DNA of 64,000 bases from Candidatus Poribacteria bacterium (lineage in GTDB: Bacteria > Poribacteria > WGA-4E > PCPOR2b): NCBI GenBank assembly GCA_965208325.1, contig OZ242326.1:3744001-3808000 (forward strand), given 5' to 3'. The stretch's first letter is position 1. Each line of letters opens with the position of its first letter. Made by a program: the position numbers and the translations under genes. Under the pieces are notes generated by a model. It made no database searches and had not been told where the DNA came from. It saw nothing but the letters and a program-made list of their open reading frames with translations. This document shows, one piece after another, positions 26,065 through 36,530 of the stretch.

Positions 26065-27945
26065 TTATTGTATATGTAGTATAACGAGAGTGTTATCCGC
26101 AGCATTAACCGGGTTGTTATTGTTAAGCGACATTGGCAAAAATGACCTTTCCAACCAACCGAGCAGTATAGACCCCTCCTCTTGCACGAGATAGCGCAGT
26201 AAGCCCTCGCCCGCAAGTATTTTCGCAAATTCTTCCCGCCGCGTTCCAACCAATTCTTGAGGAAATGTCCACTTCTCCGTTTTTGCTTTTATTTCGATAG
26301 GCGTTTTTGGCGGAACTGATCCAAGGTAAGCGTATCTGCCACTATCAATAAGCCACGCGTTTTGGAGCACATCAGGCAAATTTTGCTGAACGTAACTAGA
26401 GTTTAACTGGACGCGGGTAGAAGGGACATTTACGAACGACTCTGCAAGATAAGTCTGTGTCATCCACGCATCTACAGTAGTGTCGTGTAGTTGAAATCCT
26501 TCTCTTGCCTCAATTAGTTGTAATGGAGGCGCAGCGGTGGGCGTTAGGGGCCTTATCAAAGTCTCCACTCCAAACATTATTGGCGTTTTTAAATTGGTAG
26601 AGGCGATCATGCCGATGTAGCTTTGCAAGTGTGCACGCTCTCTTTCGGCATAAACGGATAAAATCGAAAAGCTGTTTAAAGATACCCAACCGGGCGCGGC
26701 GTTGCGCGGGATAATTACGACGCACGAGAAAAACACCGGCAGCACCAAACCGCCAATCCAATACAACTTTGGTTTATTTTGACGGCGACCCGTAAACCAT
26801 AATAATCCGCCGAGACTCATCACATAAACAGTTAAGAATCCGGCTAACAAAAGGATTAACGGTGAGCGCGTCGACGGACGGGTTATGAGTAAAGCCTGGA
26901 TTTTTTCGTTGTGCCTGCGATAGGCGCCATAGCGCGCTTCCTCAATGTGGCGCGGGGATCTGCCCGCTTCTCTGAATAGCGATTCCCAATAATTTTCCGC
27001 GCCGGGCGAATCAGAAAAAGGGGGCGCCGTGTAATCAAAAGCGAGGCTTATGACGCTCCCGCTGCCCAAATGTTTTCTTGCAACATAAATTTGCTGTTCG
27101 TGCCCGATAAGGATATTTCCGCCGGGTTGACGCTTAAAATCAATGAGATCGAAAGCGGAATTCTTTGACGTGAAACCGAATTTCTGCATCGATTCAGATA
27201 GCTTTTTCCTCGTTTGGAGTGTAGCAAGCTTTACAGGCATGAATGGTTCAATAAAACTTCCGCGGAGCCCATGCAAATTACTCCCGCCCGCTGTAAGTAG
27301 CGTGCCGCCCCGCTGAATCCAATCGAGTATGGCGGTTTGTTGAGGCGCAGAAATATTGCGTTCGGATAACGTAACGCCGCGAAGAATGAAGAGATCAACG
27401 GAATCATACCCTTTCCAATGTGTCGGCAGATACTTTGGATTGCCAACATAGGCAACGAAAATGTTCCCTTCCACCATATCAGCAATCTGATTCCCATCCC
27501 AGCGGCTCAACAAATCTCGGCTCGGCGTCAGTGCAAGTGCAATGAGGTCTGTCGTTTGCTTTGGAGGTGCAGTGGAGATTCCTTGAGATGTTCTAATTCG
27601 TCCGTTCTGGTCAATCAATTTCAGTATTAGTTTGGTGGATATACCGGGCAGGAAGATGTAGAGCGTTTTTCGCTGACGATCGGTTCGAGTTAGGCTGAGC
27701 GGCGTGGAATACGATTGAATCAATTTTCCCGATGAGGCGTTGTGAATATCGGTAGAGACTTGGCCGCTGAAGGATTCGTTTTGACTCGTGACAGTTACTT
27801 GCAGCGGCGACCATCGATCCCGTTTGTGGGTACCGTTTAACCCGAGTTCGACGGATTCAATTTCAATTGCGGCGCAGGCTGCAGAAACGGACACAATGAG
27901 GAGAAATGGAATCAGGTATAAGCGAGAAAGATATAGAATGGACAC
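26065..27945 (-). CDS. Exported/membrane protein with GATase-like middle domain, unknown function
   Basis: Signal peptide, W.PLQV.V, LP..WKGYDSVD, WI..GG.L, G.GSV; two TM helices. Confidence 0.7.
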   Translation of the reverse strand: MSILYLSRLYLIPFLLIVSVSAACAAIEIESVELGLNGTHKRDRWSPLQVTVTSQNESFSGQVSTDIHNASSGKLIQSYSTPLSLTRTDRQRKTLYIFLPGISTKLILKLIDQNGRIRTSQGISTAPPKQTTDLIALALTPSRDLLSRWDGNQIADMVEGNIFVAYVGNPKYLPTHWKGYDSVDLFILRGVTLSERNISAPQQTAILDWIQRGGTLLTAGGSNLHGLRGSFIEPFMPVKLATLQTRKKLSESMQKFGFTSKNSAFDLIDFKRQPGGNILIGHEQQIYVARKHLGSGSVISLAFDYTAPPFSDSPGAENYWESLFREAGRSPRHIEEARYGAYRRHNEKIQALLITRPSTRSPLILLLAGFLTVYVMSLGGLLWFTGRRQNKPKLYWIGGLVLPVFFSCVVIIPRNAAPGWVSLNSFSILSVYAERERAHLQSYIGMIASTNLKTPIMFGVETLIRPLTPTAAPPLQLIEAREGFQLHDTTVDAWMTQTYLAESFVNVPSTRVQLNSSYVQQNLPDVLQNAWLIDSGRYAYLGSVPPKTPIEIKAKTEKWTFPQELVGTRREEFAKILAGEGLLRYLVQEEGSILLGWLERSFLPMSLNNNNPVNAADNTLVILHIQ

Positions 27946-28550
27946 CAGGAGTTTTTCTTTCTATTGAGATGTGGGGAATTTGCTGCACGTCGATAAGTGT
28001 GCCTCTTGAGCTGATTGCCGCCGGTTGAAAGGCAAGATGTACATCATCGAATATCTTAACATAGATATCCCTGTATTTCATCGGAATTGTGGGTGCGTTA
28101 AATGGAATCCCGTTGCAATTCAAGTAAGCGCAGGGGTTTTAAAAGTCGCGGATGGTCCGAGACATCGGCCGCGCCGTCTTCTGTCCAATTTGTCTAGCCG
28201 CCCCAATGCGCAATTACGGCGATTAACCACTGCTCTGGATTGGGTTTATCTCATAATTGATCCTTGCACAACAAAGCAGTATGTGATATTATTTTGCGGA
28301 TCTTTTTTAAGATGAAGGGGCTTTTGACGAAACACATTGTTTGTTTTGGAGCAGCAGTGGCAAGTGTTGCAGAATTACAACACATATGGTGTCGATAGAA
28401 TCTCCGCGGCGAATACTTTCCAAAGCCCAATCGCAGCTATAACTTGGCGAAGGTAGAAACGCAGAAACGGTGTACACATTAAGTCTCTTCTCAGTTGTTC
28501 ACCTTCGTTTCCCTCGGAATATTTTTGAAACTGGAATGTCCTTTAGCCGA

Positions 28551-28566
28551 TGGCATGAAGCTTGCG
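28551..28566 (+). promoter_or_regulatory. Sigma-54 (-24/-12) promoter
   Basis: TGGCATgaagcTTGC with exact GG-N10-GC spacing, ~60 bp before the 28628 gene. Confidence 0.6.
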
Positions 28567-28627
28567 TCAGCACGGATTTATCACAGTTAATGTCGTAAAA
28601 CTCAATTCGCTTAAAGGAGAATAACCT

Positions 28628-29446
28628 ATGTTGACGCAAGCACACCGAATTTTGATACCAGTTTTTCTGATGTCTACGTTTCTGATGAATATCGGATGTG
28701 GATCTTCAGACGATGCTATTGAGCTAGATACAGAACCCCCCGCTATTCCACGAGGTGTGGAAAGTACCACTGGGAATGGCAAGGTGGAAATTGAATGGTT
28801 CCCCAACGGTGAAATCGATCTCGCTGAGTATAAGGTTTGGCGGAGCCGGGATAATGAAACCTTTAACCTGTTGGATAGGGTTTCAGCAGACGAATTTCGA
28901 TACGTCGATTGGGATGTCCAAAACGGTGTCACCTATTTCTACGCTGTTTCTGCCTTGGACTTCGAAGGCAATGAAAGCGAGTTAAGCCCAGAAAATATCT
29001 CTGATACACCGCGTCCATCGGGTAAAAATGTCACATTAAATGACTTTACACTACTTCCAAATCGAAGCGGTTTTGATTTTTCTCAACCTGAAAATGGCGC
29101 GATTCCGTGGGATTTGCCCATGACCGATGTCTATTTCGGACCGACTGAAGTCTTTTCCGAATATGACGTATCGTTCACTGTGCCCTATCTCTATTCTGAT
29201 AATTTTACTGAGATGCAAGACATGGGTTACCACGAAAGATTCGACGAAGTTAATGTCTCACCGTTCTTAGGCTTCACAACCGAATTTGTCGAGTTGATTG
29301 AAGGTCACGTTTATGTCTTTTATACTCCCGACGGAAACTACGCTAAGATTCATGTTGTCGCAATTTCAGATAATTCGGTAACTTTTGATTGGGCATACCA
29401 GATTGACCCGGATAACCCGGAACTTGCCCCGCCTTTATATCATTAA
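28628..29446 (+). CDS. Lipoprotein with fibronectin type III-like domain
   Basis: Lipobox NIGC; PPAIP.G....G.G.V..EW, Y.VWRS, TYFYAVSA.D..GNES. Confidence 0.8.
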   Translation: MLTQAHRILIPVFLMSTFLMNIGCGSSDDAIELDTEPPAIPRGVESTTGNGKVEIEWFPNGEIDLAEYKVWRSRDNETFNLLDRVSADEFRYVDWDVQNGVTYFYAVSALDFEGNESELSPENISDTPRPSGKNVTLNDFTLLPNRSGFDFSQPENGAIPWDLPMTDVYFGPTEVFSEYDVSFTVPYLYSDNFTEMQDMGYHERFDEVNVSPFLGFTTEFVELIEGHVYVFYTPDGNYAKIHVVAISDNSVTFDWAYQIDPDNPELAPPLYH

Positions 29447-29663
29447 CTGATAATGGCTAAACTTGTGAGAATTCGGACAGATCTACGGCACAAAAAAAGA
29501 GCGGATGAACGCAAAGAAAACGTGTGGATAACGTCGTACGTGTTGACATCTCTGGAATAACTACGCAGTACAACAGGCGAAGAATTCCAGCGCAGGGGCA
29601 ACAAAACTATATTGAGGGATCGATTCCCCACCTTTGGAACATCCTGCCTTTTAGGAGATTCAG

Positions 29664-30428
29664 TTGATGCACCGAGTGAAAAACCTAATTTCCGTGTGGT
29701 TTTTTATGTGTCTGAATCTGTCCCTGACGGCATTGCCTACCCATTCGTTGATTAATGCCGCAAAACTTGACCACTGTCCATTCACAGTTGGCGAGATTCT
29801 CACCTACAATGTCAAAATTGCTGGATTGTCCGCCGGAACACAGGTGACCCAAGTTACAGATAAAACAGTGTTAAATGGGCACCAAGTATACCGCTTCGTT
29901 TCAGAATCTCAGACGGATAGTGTCTTTAGAAAACTGTATCACTTTCGGGATCGGCAGGAGAGCTACGTTACAACCGATCAACTACACCCGCTGCGGCATG
30001 TGAAAGACCTTGAGGACCGAAAATACCGAGCACGCGTCGAAATTGATTTTGACATTGAGCGGGGGGTTGCCCAGTATACCAAAAATGAGAACGGTAAAGT
30101 CTTTGAAATCCCGACTGGTATACAGGATGAATTATCCATGGTTTACTTCCTGCGTTCAAAGGAGTTAAACGTTGGTCAGACCTACAATTTCCCCGTATTG
30201 ATTAAGGATAAAACTCAGGATGTCACAGTCAATGTCTATCGGCGCGAAATGATGAAGACGGAGGCGTTGGGGCGTGTAGAGACGTTAGCGATACGTACCT
30301 CGCACGGCTATTTGATTTGGCTCACGAATGACGCTCGCCGTATTCCCGTTCGGATCGAAGCAGCAACTCGAATTGGTAAGTTAATTGGTACGATTGAAAA
30401 GGTTGATTCAAGGAAAAAGATGAGGTAA
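29664..30428 (+). CDS. DUF3108-like exported protein
   Basis: PF.VGE.L.Y.V, QDELSM.Y.LR, IWLTND.RRIPVRI. Confidence 0.75.
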   Translation: MMHRVKNLISVWFFMCLNLSLTALPTHSLINAAKLDHCPFTVGEILTYNVKIAGLSAGTQVTQVTDKTVLNGHQVYRFVSESQTDSVFRKLYHFRDRQESYVTTDQLHPLRHVKDLEDRKYRARVEIDFDIERGVAQYTKNENGKVFEIPTGIQDELSMVYFLRSKELNVGQTYNFPVLIKDKTQDVTVNVYRREMMKTEALGRVETLAIRTSHGYLIWLTNDARRIPVRIEAATRIGKLIGTIEKVDSRKKMR

Positions 30429-30479
30429 GCCGCATTCGCCGCTCTCGATCTGGTGGATTCCTGAGATTCGTAATACATT

Positions 30480-33400
30480 ATGAAAGATTTTCTTCGTCGG
30501 ACGGATAGCTATCAATCCCTTGTTGAAATTCTATCTAACCTGCATACAACTTCCACGCATCAAATTGACCCGCCTACCCAGCCAGAACAACACTCTGCGC
30601 TTGATGATGGGATACCTAGCAGCAGCGATCCGAACAGTTTAGCATTGGACGCTCCATGGTTGTGGGGATTGCATGGCGCATCAGTCGCCCACTTGTTGAG
30701 TACACTTTCATCAGATTTCTCCGATTCGTCTTTCCTAGTTATCCTCCCCTCACATCACGAGGCTGAAAAAGTTGTGCAGGACCTCCCCACCTACGGTTTT
30801 GAAGATGCGTTGTTTTTCCCAGAGTGGCAAGACATCTTCTATGAAGGCGTTTCCCCGACCAGGAAAATTGTCGCGGAGCGAATGACCTGTTTGCGACAAC
30901 TGCTGGATGGGAATTGCACAACAATTGTCACATCAATCAAAGCGTTAATGCACCGAATTGCTCCCAGATCGGTTTTATCCGCATTTTTCGAAACATTGCG
31001 AGTTGGTGACGAAATCGCACCTGACGATATTTTCGCGTTCCTACTACGCAGCGGTTACCAAAGAGTTGACCTCGTAGAGGCAAAAGGAGAATTTGCGCGC
31101 CGCGGTGATATTTTGGACGTTTATCCGTTAATTGCCGATAACCCCGTCAGAGTTGATTTTTGGGGCGATAATATTGATGCTATTCGCACGTTTGACCTCT
31201 CCTCACAGCGTTCTATAGCGAATCTGCGGCAGGTGTCCTTAAGTCCTATGCGGGAGGTCTTCTTGACGCCCGATGCGCTTACCCAGTGGAAAGCACGGGT
31301 AGAGGGGTTTATTGAATCAAATCCCTCCCCGGAATATAAAAACGTGATTCATGAGATTACACAACGCCTTGAGGGCGGAACGGATTTGGACGGTATTGAA
31401 TCTCTTCTTCCAATGTTATACGCGAATCCTGGCCTTCTTACCGATTATCTCTCCGCGTCGACAACGGTTTTACTCGTCGAACCAGCATGGGCGATGAGAG
31501 AGGGAAAGCGAACTATTGAGGAAGCGAACGCACTTTACGCGAGAAAAATGGAACAAAATCAATTCATGGTTCCATCAAACGAGACATTCGCACTCGTTGA
31601 ATCGGTAATCCCCGTTTTACAACGGTACCCCGTGCTTCACATATCCTTGACACAACCTGAACCTGCACCGGGAGAGCGGATTGCCGAAATTGACTTTGGT
31701 ATGCGTCCGCCGGGCGTGCATCGCGGGAATCTTCAGATGGTCATGGACCAGATAAAAGGGTGGGCGGATGAAGGCTATCATGTAAACATCTTCAGTGATA
31801 ATTCGGCGGGCACCAAACGATTGAATGAGATTCTTGCAGGCCGAAGCATGCTCACCGCGCAAACTGCTGTAAGAATCGGCAGCGTCAGCCAGGGATATCT
31901 CAATAAAGAACATAAGTTTGTTGTTATTTCTGAAGATGAGGTGTTTGGCCGCGAGTATCGCCGGCGCCGCCGCACTGGCTTCAAAGAAGGCGCGCCAATT
32001 CTGAATTTGGTCGATCTCAAAGAAGGGGACTATGTTGTACATGTATCACATGGTATCGCTGTCTATACAGGGATTCGCCGTCTGGATATTGACGGCAAGC
32101 CTCAAGATTTTTTGGTTCTGAACTACGCGGGAGGAGACATACTTTACGTTCCCACTCACCAGATTGATTTCGTACAGAAGTATGTCGGAGGAGATAACGA
32201 GGGAAAAGGCCCCCGATTGGACAAACTTGGCGGTACCTCGTGGCAGCGGGTTAAATCCAAGGTGAAAGCGTCCATAGAAGAAATGGCGGAGGAACTGCTT
32301 GAGCTCTACGCAATTCGCGAAGCGCGAAAGGGATTTGTTTTTTCGCCGGACACATCGTGGCAGCGTGAATTTGAGGCAATGTTTCCTTATGAAGAGACGC
32401 CCGATCAACTACAAGCAGTTGAAGAAGTCAAAGAGGATATGGAGCGGGTACGCCCCATGGATCGGTTAATCTGCGGAGATGTGGGATACGGAAAAACAGA
32501 AGTTGCGCTCCGATCGGTGTTTAAGGCGGTGATGGATGGCAAACAGGCCGCTGTTCTTGTGCCGACGACAGTTCTCGCTCTGCAACACTTTAACACGTTT
32601 AAAAATCGATTCGAACATTTTCCTGTCAGTGTAGAGATGCTGACACGCTTCCGAGCAACTAATGAAGCGAAATTTGTAAAAGCGGGTTTAGAAAAAGGTG
32701 CCGTTGACATCGTCATCGGCACCCATAGTCTGCTGTCGGATACCCTCAAGTTCCACGATTTAGGTCTACTAGTAATTGATGAAGAGCATCGCTTCGGGGT
32801 TAAACATAAAGAGAAAATCAAGCAGATTAAGCAAGTGGTTGATGTCATCACCTTGACAGCAACGCCGATTCCGCGTACACTACACATGTCCCTAATTGGA
32901 ATCCGCGACTTTAGTGTGATTAACACACCCCCTGAAAATCGACTGCCAATTGAGACCTACGTGATGGAGTATAACCCCGATGTGGCAAAAGACGCAATTT
33001 TGCGTGAGATGGAGCGGGGCGGGCAGGTCTATTTTGTCCACAATCGTGTGCAGAGTATCGCAAGTATTGCTGCGTCAGTTCAAAGACTCGTACCGCAAGC
33101 CCGGGTGAGCATCGCACATGGACAGATGGCCGAACGTCAACTAGAAAAAGTCATGATAGACTTTATTAACCACAAATCCGACGTTTTGGTGTGCACCATG
33201 ATTATCGAATCGGGGCTTGACATACCTAACGTCAACACAATTCTGATTAACCGTGCTGACGCGCTCGGATTGGCGCAGCTTTATCAATTGCGCGGGCGCG
33301 TTGGGCGCGCACAGTATCAGGCATACGGTTACCTTTTCTATCCTCAAGGGCGTGCGATTACTGAGAATGCACAGAAACGGCTTCGAGTTATTGAGGAGTT

Positions 33401-34013
33401 TACTGATCTTGGGTCAGGGTTCAAAATTGCGCTTAGAGACCTCGAAATCCGTGGAACCGGCAACATCCTTGGTCCCCAACAACACGGCCATATCGCTGTG
33501 GTGGGTTATGATATGTATTGTCGGTTGCTTGAAGAAACCGTACGCAAACTTAAGGGCGAAAAGATTGAAGAATCAGTCGAAACGCGAATTAGCTTGCCAG
33601 TGGAAGCATATTTGCCTGATGAGTACGTGCCCGACAGTCGGCAGAAGGTTTCGCTCTATAAGAAAATTGCCGCATTGAAGACGGAAGCGGATCGGAAAAG
33701 TCTTTCAGAAGAAATCATCGATCGATATGGCAAAATCCCCGAACCTGTCGAGATGTTGCTTGAAATTGCCGAGCTTAAACAGCTTTGTCAATCATGCGGC
33801 GTTGAAGGGATTGTTTCGGGGGGCGGTAATGTAAAGATTTCGTTGGATGAAGCGAAGTCGAATGTTGACCCTAGTAGGTTTGTTCAGGTAATTCAAGGCG
33901 ATAAAAGACTCTCACTTTCACCGCCTGGCCGCCTGATGGTCAATACAAAAGGGTTGGTTGGCAAATCCCTCTTACTCGCTCTCAAGCGAATCCTCGTCAG
34001 AGCGTTTCGTTGA
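30480..34013 (+). CDS. mfd: Transcription-repair coupling factor
   Basis: GEFARRGDILD, GDYVVH..HGI, MDRLICGDVGYGKTEV, DEEH, TATPIPRTL, QLRGRVGR, TRCF C-terminus. Confidence 0.98.
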   Translation: MKDFLRRTDSYQSLVEILSNLHTTSTHQIDPPTQPEQHSALDDGIPSSSDPNSLALDAPWLWGLHGASVAHLLSTLSSDFSDSSFLVILPSHHEAEKVVQDLPTYGFEDALFFPEWQDIFYEGVSPTRKIVAERMTCLRQLLDGNCTTIVTSIKALMHRIAPRSVLSAFFETLRVGDEIAPDDIFAFLLRSGYQRVDLVEAKGEFARRGDILDVYPLIADNPVRVDFWGDNIDAIRTFDLSSQRSIANLRQVSLSPMREVFLTPDALTQWKARVEGFIESNPSPEYKNVIHEITQRLEGGTDLDGIESLLPMLYANPGLLTDYLSASTTVLLVEPAWAMREGKRTIEEANALYARKMEQNQFMVPSNETFALVESVIPVLQRYPVLHISLTQPEPAPGERIAEIDFGMRPPGVHRGNLQMVMDQIKGWADEGYHVNIFSDNSAGTKRLNEILAGRSMLTAQTAVRIGSVSQGYLNKEHKFVVISEDEVFGREYRRRRRTGFKEGAPILNLVDLKEGDYVVHVSHGIAVYTGIRRLDIDGKPQDFLVLNYAGGDILYVPTHQIDFVQKYVGGDNEGKGPRLDKLGGTSWQRVKSKVKASIEEMAEELLELYAIREARKGFVFSPDTSWQREFEAMFPYEETPDQLQAVEEVKEDMERVRPMDRLICGDVGYGKTEVALRSVFKAVMDGKQAAVLVPTTVLALQHFNTFKNRFEHFPVSVEMLTRFRATNEAKFVKAGLEKGAVDIVIGTHSLLSDTLKFHDLGLLVIDEEHRFGVKHKEKIKQIKQVVDVITLTATPIPRTLHMSLIGIRDFSVINTPPENRLPIETYVMEYNPDVAKDAILREMERGGQVYFVHNRVQSIASIAASVQRLVPQARVSIAHGQMAERQLEKVMIDFINHKSDVLVCTMIIESGLDIPNVNTILINRADALGLAQLYQLRGRVGRAQYQAYGYLFYPQGRAITENAQKRLRVIEEFTDLGSGFKIALRDLEIRGTGNILGPQQHGHIAVVGYDMYCRLLEETVRKLKGEKIEESVETRISLPVEAYLPDEYVPDSRQKVSLYKKIAALKTEADRKSLSEEIIDRYGKIPEPVEMLLEIAELKQLCQSCGVEGIVSGGGNVKISLDEAKSNVDPSRFVQVIQGDKRLSLSPPGRLMVNTKGLVGKSLLLALKRILVRAFR

Positions 34014-34336
34014 TTTTGGAAATGCCGCTAAAAGCCGTCAACACAGTCCTGTCGCAAGAATTGCTGGACAAAACAGCTGGCCCCATCACCATCAATAGAA
34101 TCAAGAGCCGCACGGCTTATGATTCCGCAGCGCGATAGATACTCAGCAGTGAGCACGTTTGTGTTGAGTCGGCATGCCGTTTTTTATGTTTCTAGGCAGA
34201 TGTACATTTTTGCCTAGTTCCTAGTTCCGTCAATGAATGGGACGATGAAGCAGGTGCAGGTCTTTAGCATTTACGAGTTTACCTACACCAAATACACAAC
34301 ACTTAGCATATACAATATAGAAAGGAGTGGCACACA

Positions 34337-35338
34337 ATGAAGTATACCTTGAGCGTGTTAGCTGTGATTGTAGCAATATGTTTTACCGCTTGGCGGGTTG
34401 TTCAATCGCAAGATTTGGATTCATCTACAGAATCTGTAGATGAAAGTCAAATAACAGTAGCGGAATACAACTGGGAGGGTAACGCGAAGCAGATTTCACT
34501 CGCCGATCTGAAGGCGGCGATTGAAAAGTTGCCGCCCCACCGCCAAGAGAAATACGGCGATAGAACTAGTAAGGCGGAGTATTTGGACGAATTGATTGCA
34601 GAAAAACTGAAACTCCTCGCCGCCATTGAAAGGGAATTTGACAAAGACGAGGAATTCCTAAAAAAGGCAGAGGACTATAAACACCAGCTTATGGTTGAGC
34701 GGCTAACCGAAAATGAAGTCGATAACAAAATCTCCTATACTGAGGAAGACATCAAGCAATACTACGAGACGAATAAAAGCGAATATATTGAAGAACCTGA
34801 GGTTCAAGCAACTTGTATTGCCTTGCTGGATGAGGACCGAGCGCAGGAAGTATTGGAGGAGATTAAGGCTGGTAAAGACATCGTCGCAGCGGCGAAGGAA
34901 CTCTGGGAAGTTGGTGAATTAGAAGGGCCCGGCGTCAACGAAGAAGAACCCGGACGTACTCGCTTTTTCTCGCGAGATGAGGCCAATGAATGGAAAGAGT
35001 TAATCGATACCCTCTTTGAAATGGAAATTGGTGAAATGACTCAAGAGGTCTTTGAAACTGACATCCGAGATAAAACTCACTTCATGATTTTCAGTAAAAG
35101 GGATCACAGGCCTGAACGCCAAAAAGAGTTAGATGAAGTCAGAAATCGCGTTGAACGGCAAGTAGAGCGTGAAAAGAAACGCCAACGAATCACAGAGTGG
35201 GTTAAAGCATTTACAACCGAAGGCAAACTCAAGACTTTTCCGGAACGTATTCCCGAGCCTCAACCGGATGAAGAAAGTGAAGAGGAAACCTCGCCGGCGA
35301 CGGAAGAAGCTGCGGAAGAAAAATCTGAGGATATGTAA
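34337..35338 (+). CDS. Parvulin/PrsA-SurA-like exported chaperone
   Basis: Signal peptide; helical N-domain, EEDIKQYYE.NK..Y.EE..V, divergent PpiC domain, acidic tail. Confidence 0.8.
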   Translation: MKYTLSVLAVIVAICFTAWRVVQSQDLDSSTESVDESQITVAEYNWEGNAKQISLADLKAAIEKLPPHRQEKYGDRTSKAEYLDELIAEKLKLLAAIEREFDKDEEFLKKAEDYKHQLMVERLTENEVDNKISYTEEDIKQYYETNKSEYIEEPEVQATCIALLDEDRAQEVLEEIKAGKDIVAAAKELWEVGELEGPGVNEEEPGRTRFFSRDEANEWKELIDTLFEMEIGEMTQEVFETDIRDKTHFMIFSKRDHRPERQKELDEVRNRVERQVEREKKRQRITEWVKAFTTEGKLKTFPERIPEPQPDEESEEETSPATEEAAEEKSEDM

Positions 35339-35427
35339 ATCCTAAGAACAAAATTCGCCGCCATAAGCGAGTTTGTTCATTATGGGTGGCGAAAGCCAAC
35401 AAAAAGTATGATTATGGAGGAATTATT

Positions 35428-36435
35428 GTGAAGAAACTGGGAAATATTTGTTGCATTTTGCTTAGCGGGTTTGTACTCAACATCGTTTTCATCGGCTGCG
35501 GCGGAAAAGCAACCGGTGCTGACGGAACAGTGATTGCAGAGTTTGAATGGGATGGCAAACATCACATTACCCTTGAAGAGATGATGGCGGAGATTGACGA
35601 ACTCCCGGACTACAAAAAACGGCAATACAAAGAGAAGCAGGAGCTCGAAGAATATATGACCCTCATGGCAGAGAGTCGGTTGATACTCTGCCTTGCAAAA
35701 GATCAAAAACTCGATGAAGATGCAGAGATTCTGGAAAAAGTGCACGATTATCTGCATGAATTGATGGTTGATAAGCTTACCGAACTCGAAGTTGACCAGC
35801 AGCTAACAACAACTGAAGAGGACTTTAGGCTTTACTTTGAGGAGAATAAAGACAGATTTGTCGAACCTGAACAGGTACGGGGGATTGCCATAGCTGTTGC
35901 AAACAAAGCCCGTGCCGAGGAAGTGCTTCAGCAGATAAAAGACGGCAAAGATATCGTTGAAGTTTCTAAAGAACTAATAGACAGGGGCGAAATGGAAGGC
36001 CCAGGTTCAAACCCGGCGGACCCCGGCGCAACGGGATTCTTTTCGCGCCACTCTTATCCCGAAGAGGCGCAGCCTTTTGTTAAGGTGGCGTTCGATTTGG
36101 AGGTCGGCCAAACAAGCGATGAGATTATTGTTATCGAATTTGGGCGGCCGTATTACATGATTTTCCGCAAAGATGAACATAAACAAGAACGCCAACAAGA
36201 ACTTGAGGAAGAATATGTGCGCCGCAACGTGGAAAGAGCTGTCGAACGCGACAAACGTAAACAACTGATGCAAGCATGGATTGAGCAGCTCCGCGAACGC
36301 GCGAAGGTGAAGACGTACATCGATCGAATTCCGGAGGCACCAAAGGAAGACGATGCCGGCACAGAAACTGAAGCTGCTGAGGATGATTCTTCTTCCGCCG
36401 ACGATCCCATTGAAAGTAAGTCTGAGGAACAGTAA
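35428..36435 (+). CDS. Parvulin/PrsA-like lipoprotein chaperone, paralog of the previous gene
   Basis: GGAGG SD plus GTG; lipobox FIGC; YFEENKDRF.EPEQV, AFDLEVGQTS, W...LRERAKV. Confidence 0.8.
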   Translation: MKKLGNICCILLSGFVLNIVFIGCGGKATGADGTVIAEFEWDGKHHITLEEMMAEIDELPDYKKRQYKEKQELEEYMTLMAESRLILCLAKDQKLDEDAEILEKVHDYLHELMVDKLTELEVDQQLTTTEEDFRLYFEENKDRFVEPEQVRGIAIAVANKARAEEVLQQIKDGKDIVEVSKELIDRGEMEGPGSNPADPGATGFFSRHSYPEEAQPFVKVAFDLEVGQTSDEIIVIEFGRPYYMIFRKDEHKQERQQELEEEYVRRNVERAVERDKRKQLMQAWIEQLRERAKVKTYIDRIPEAPKEDDAGTETEAAEDDSSSADDPIESKSEEQ

Positions 36436-36530
36436 TGTGAGTCGGGTATTTGGCTTTAGGTGAGATCGTAACCTTTAATGCCTATGCCCAACTCAAATTT
36501 CCAATTGGATTTTACGGAGGTACATCCTAT

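Noticed and set aside
27946..28550. Long intergenic region as a possible ncRNA or small gene
   Set aside because: Only promoter-like motifs were found, with no convincing structure or coding signal by eye.
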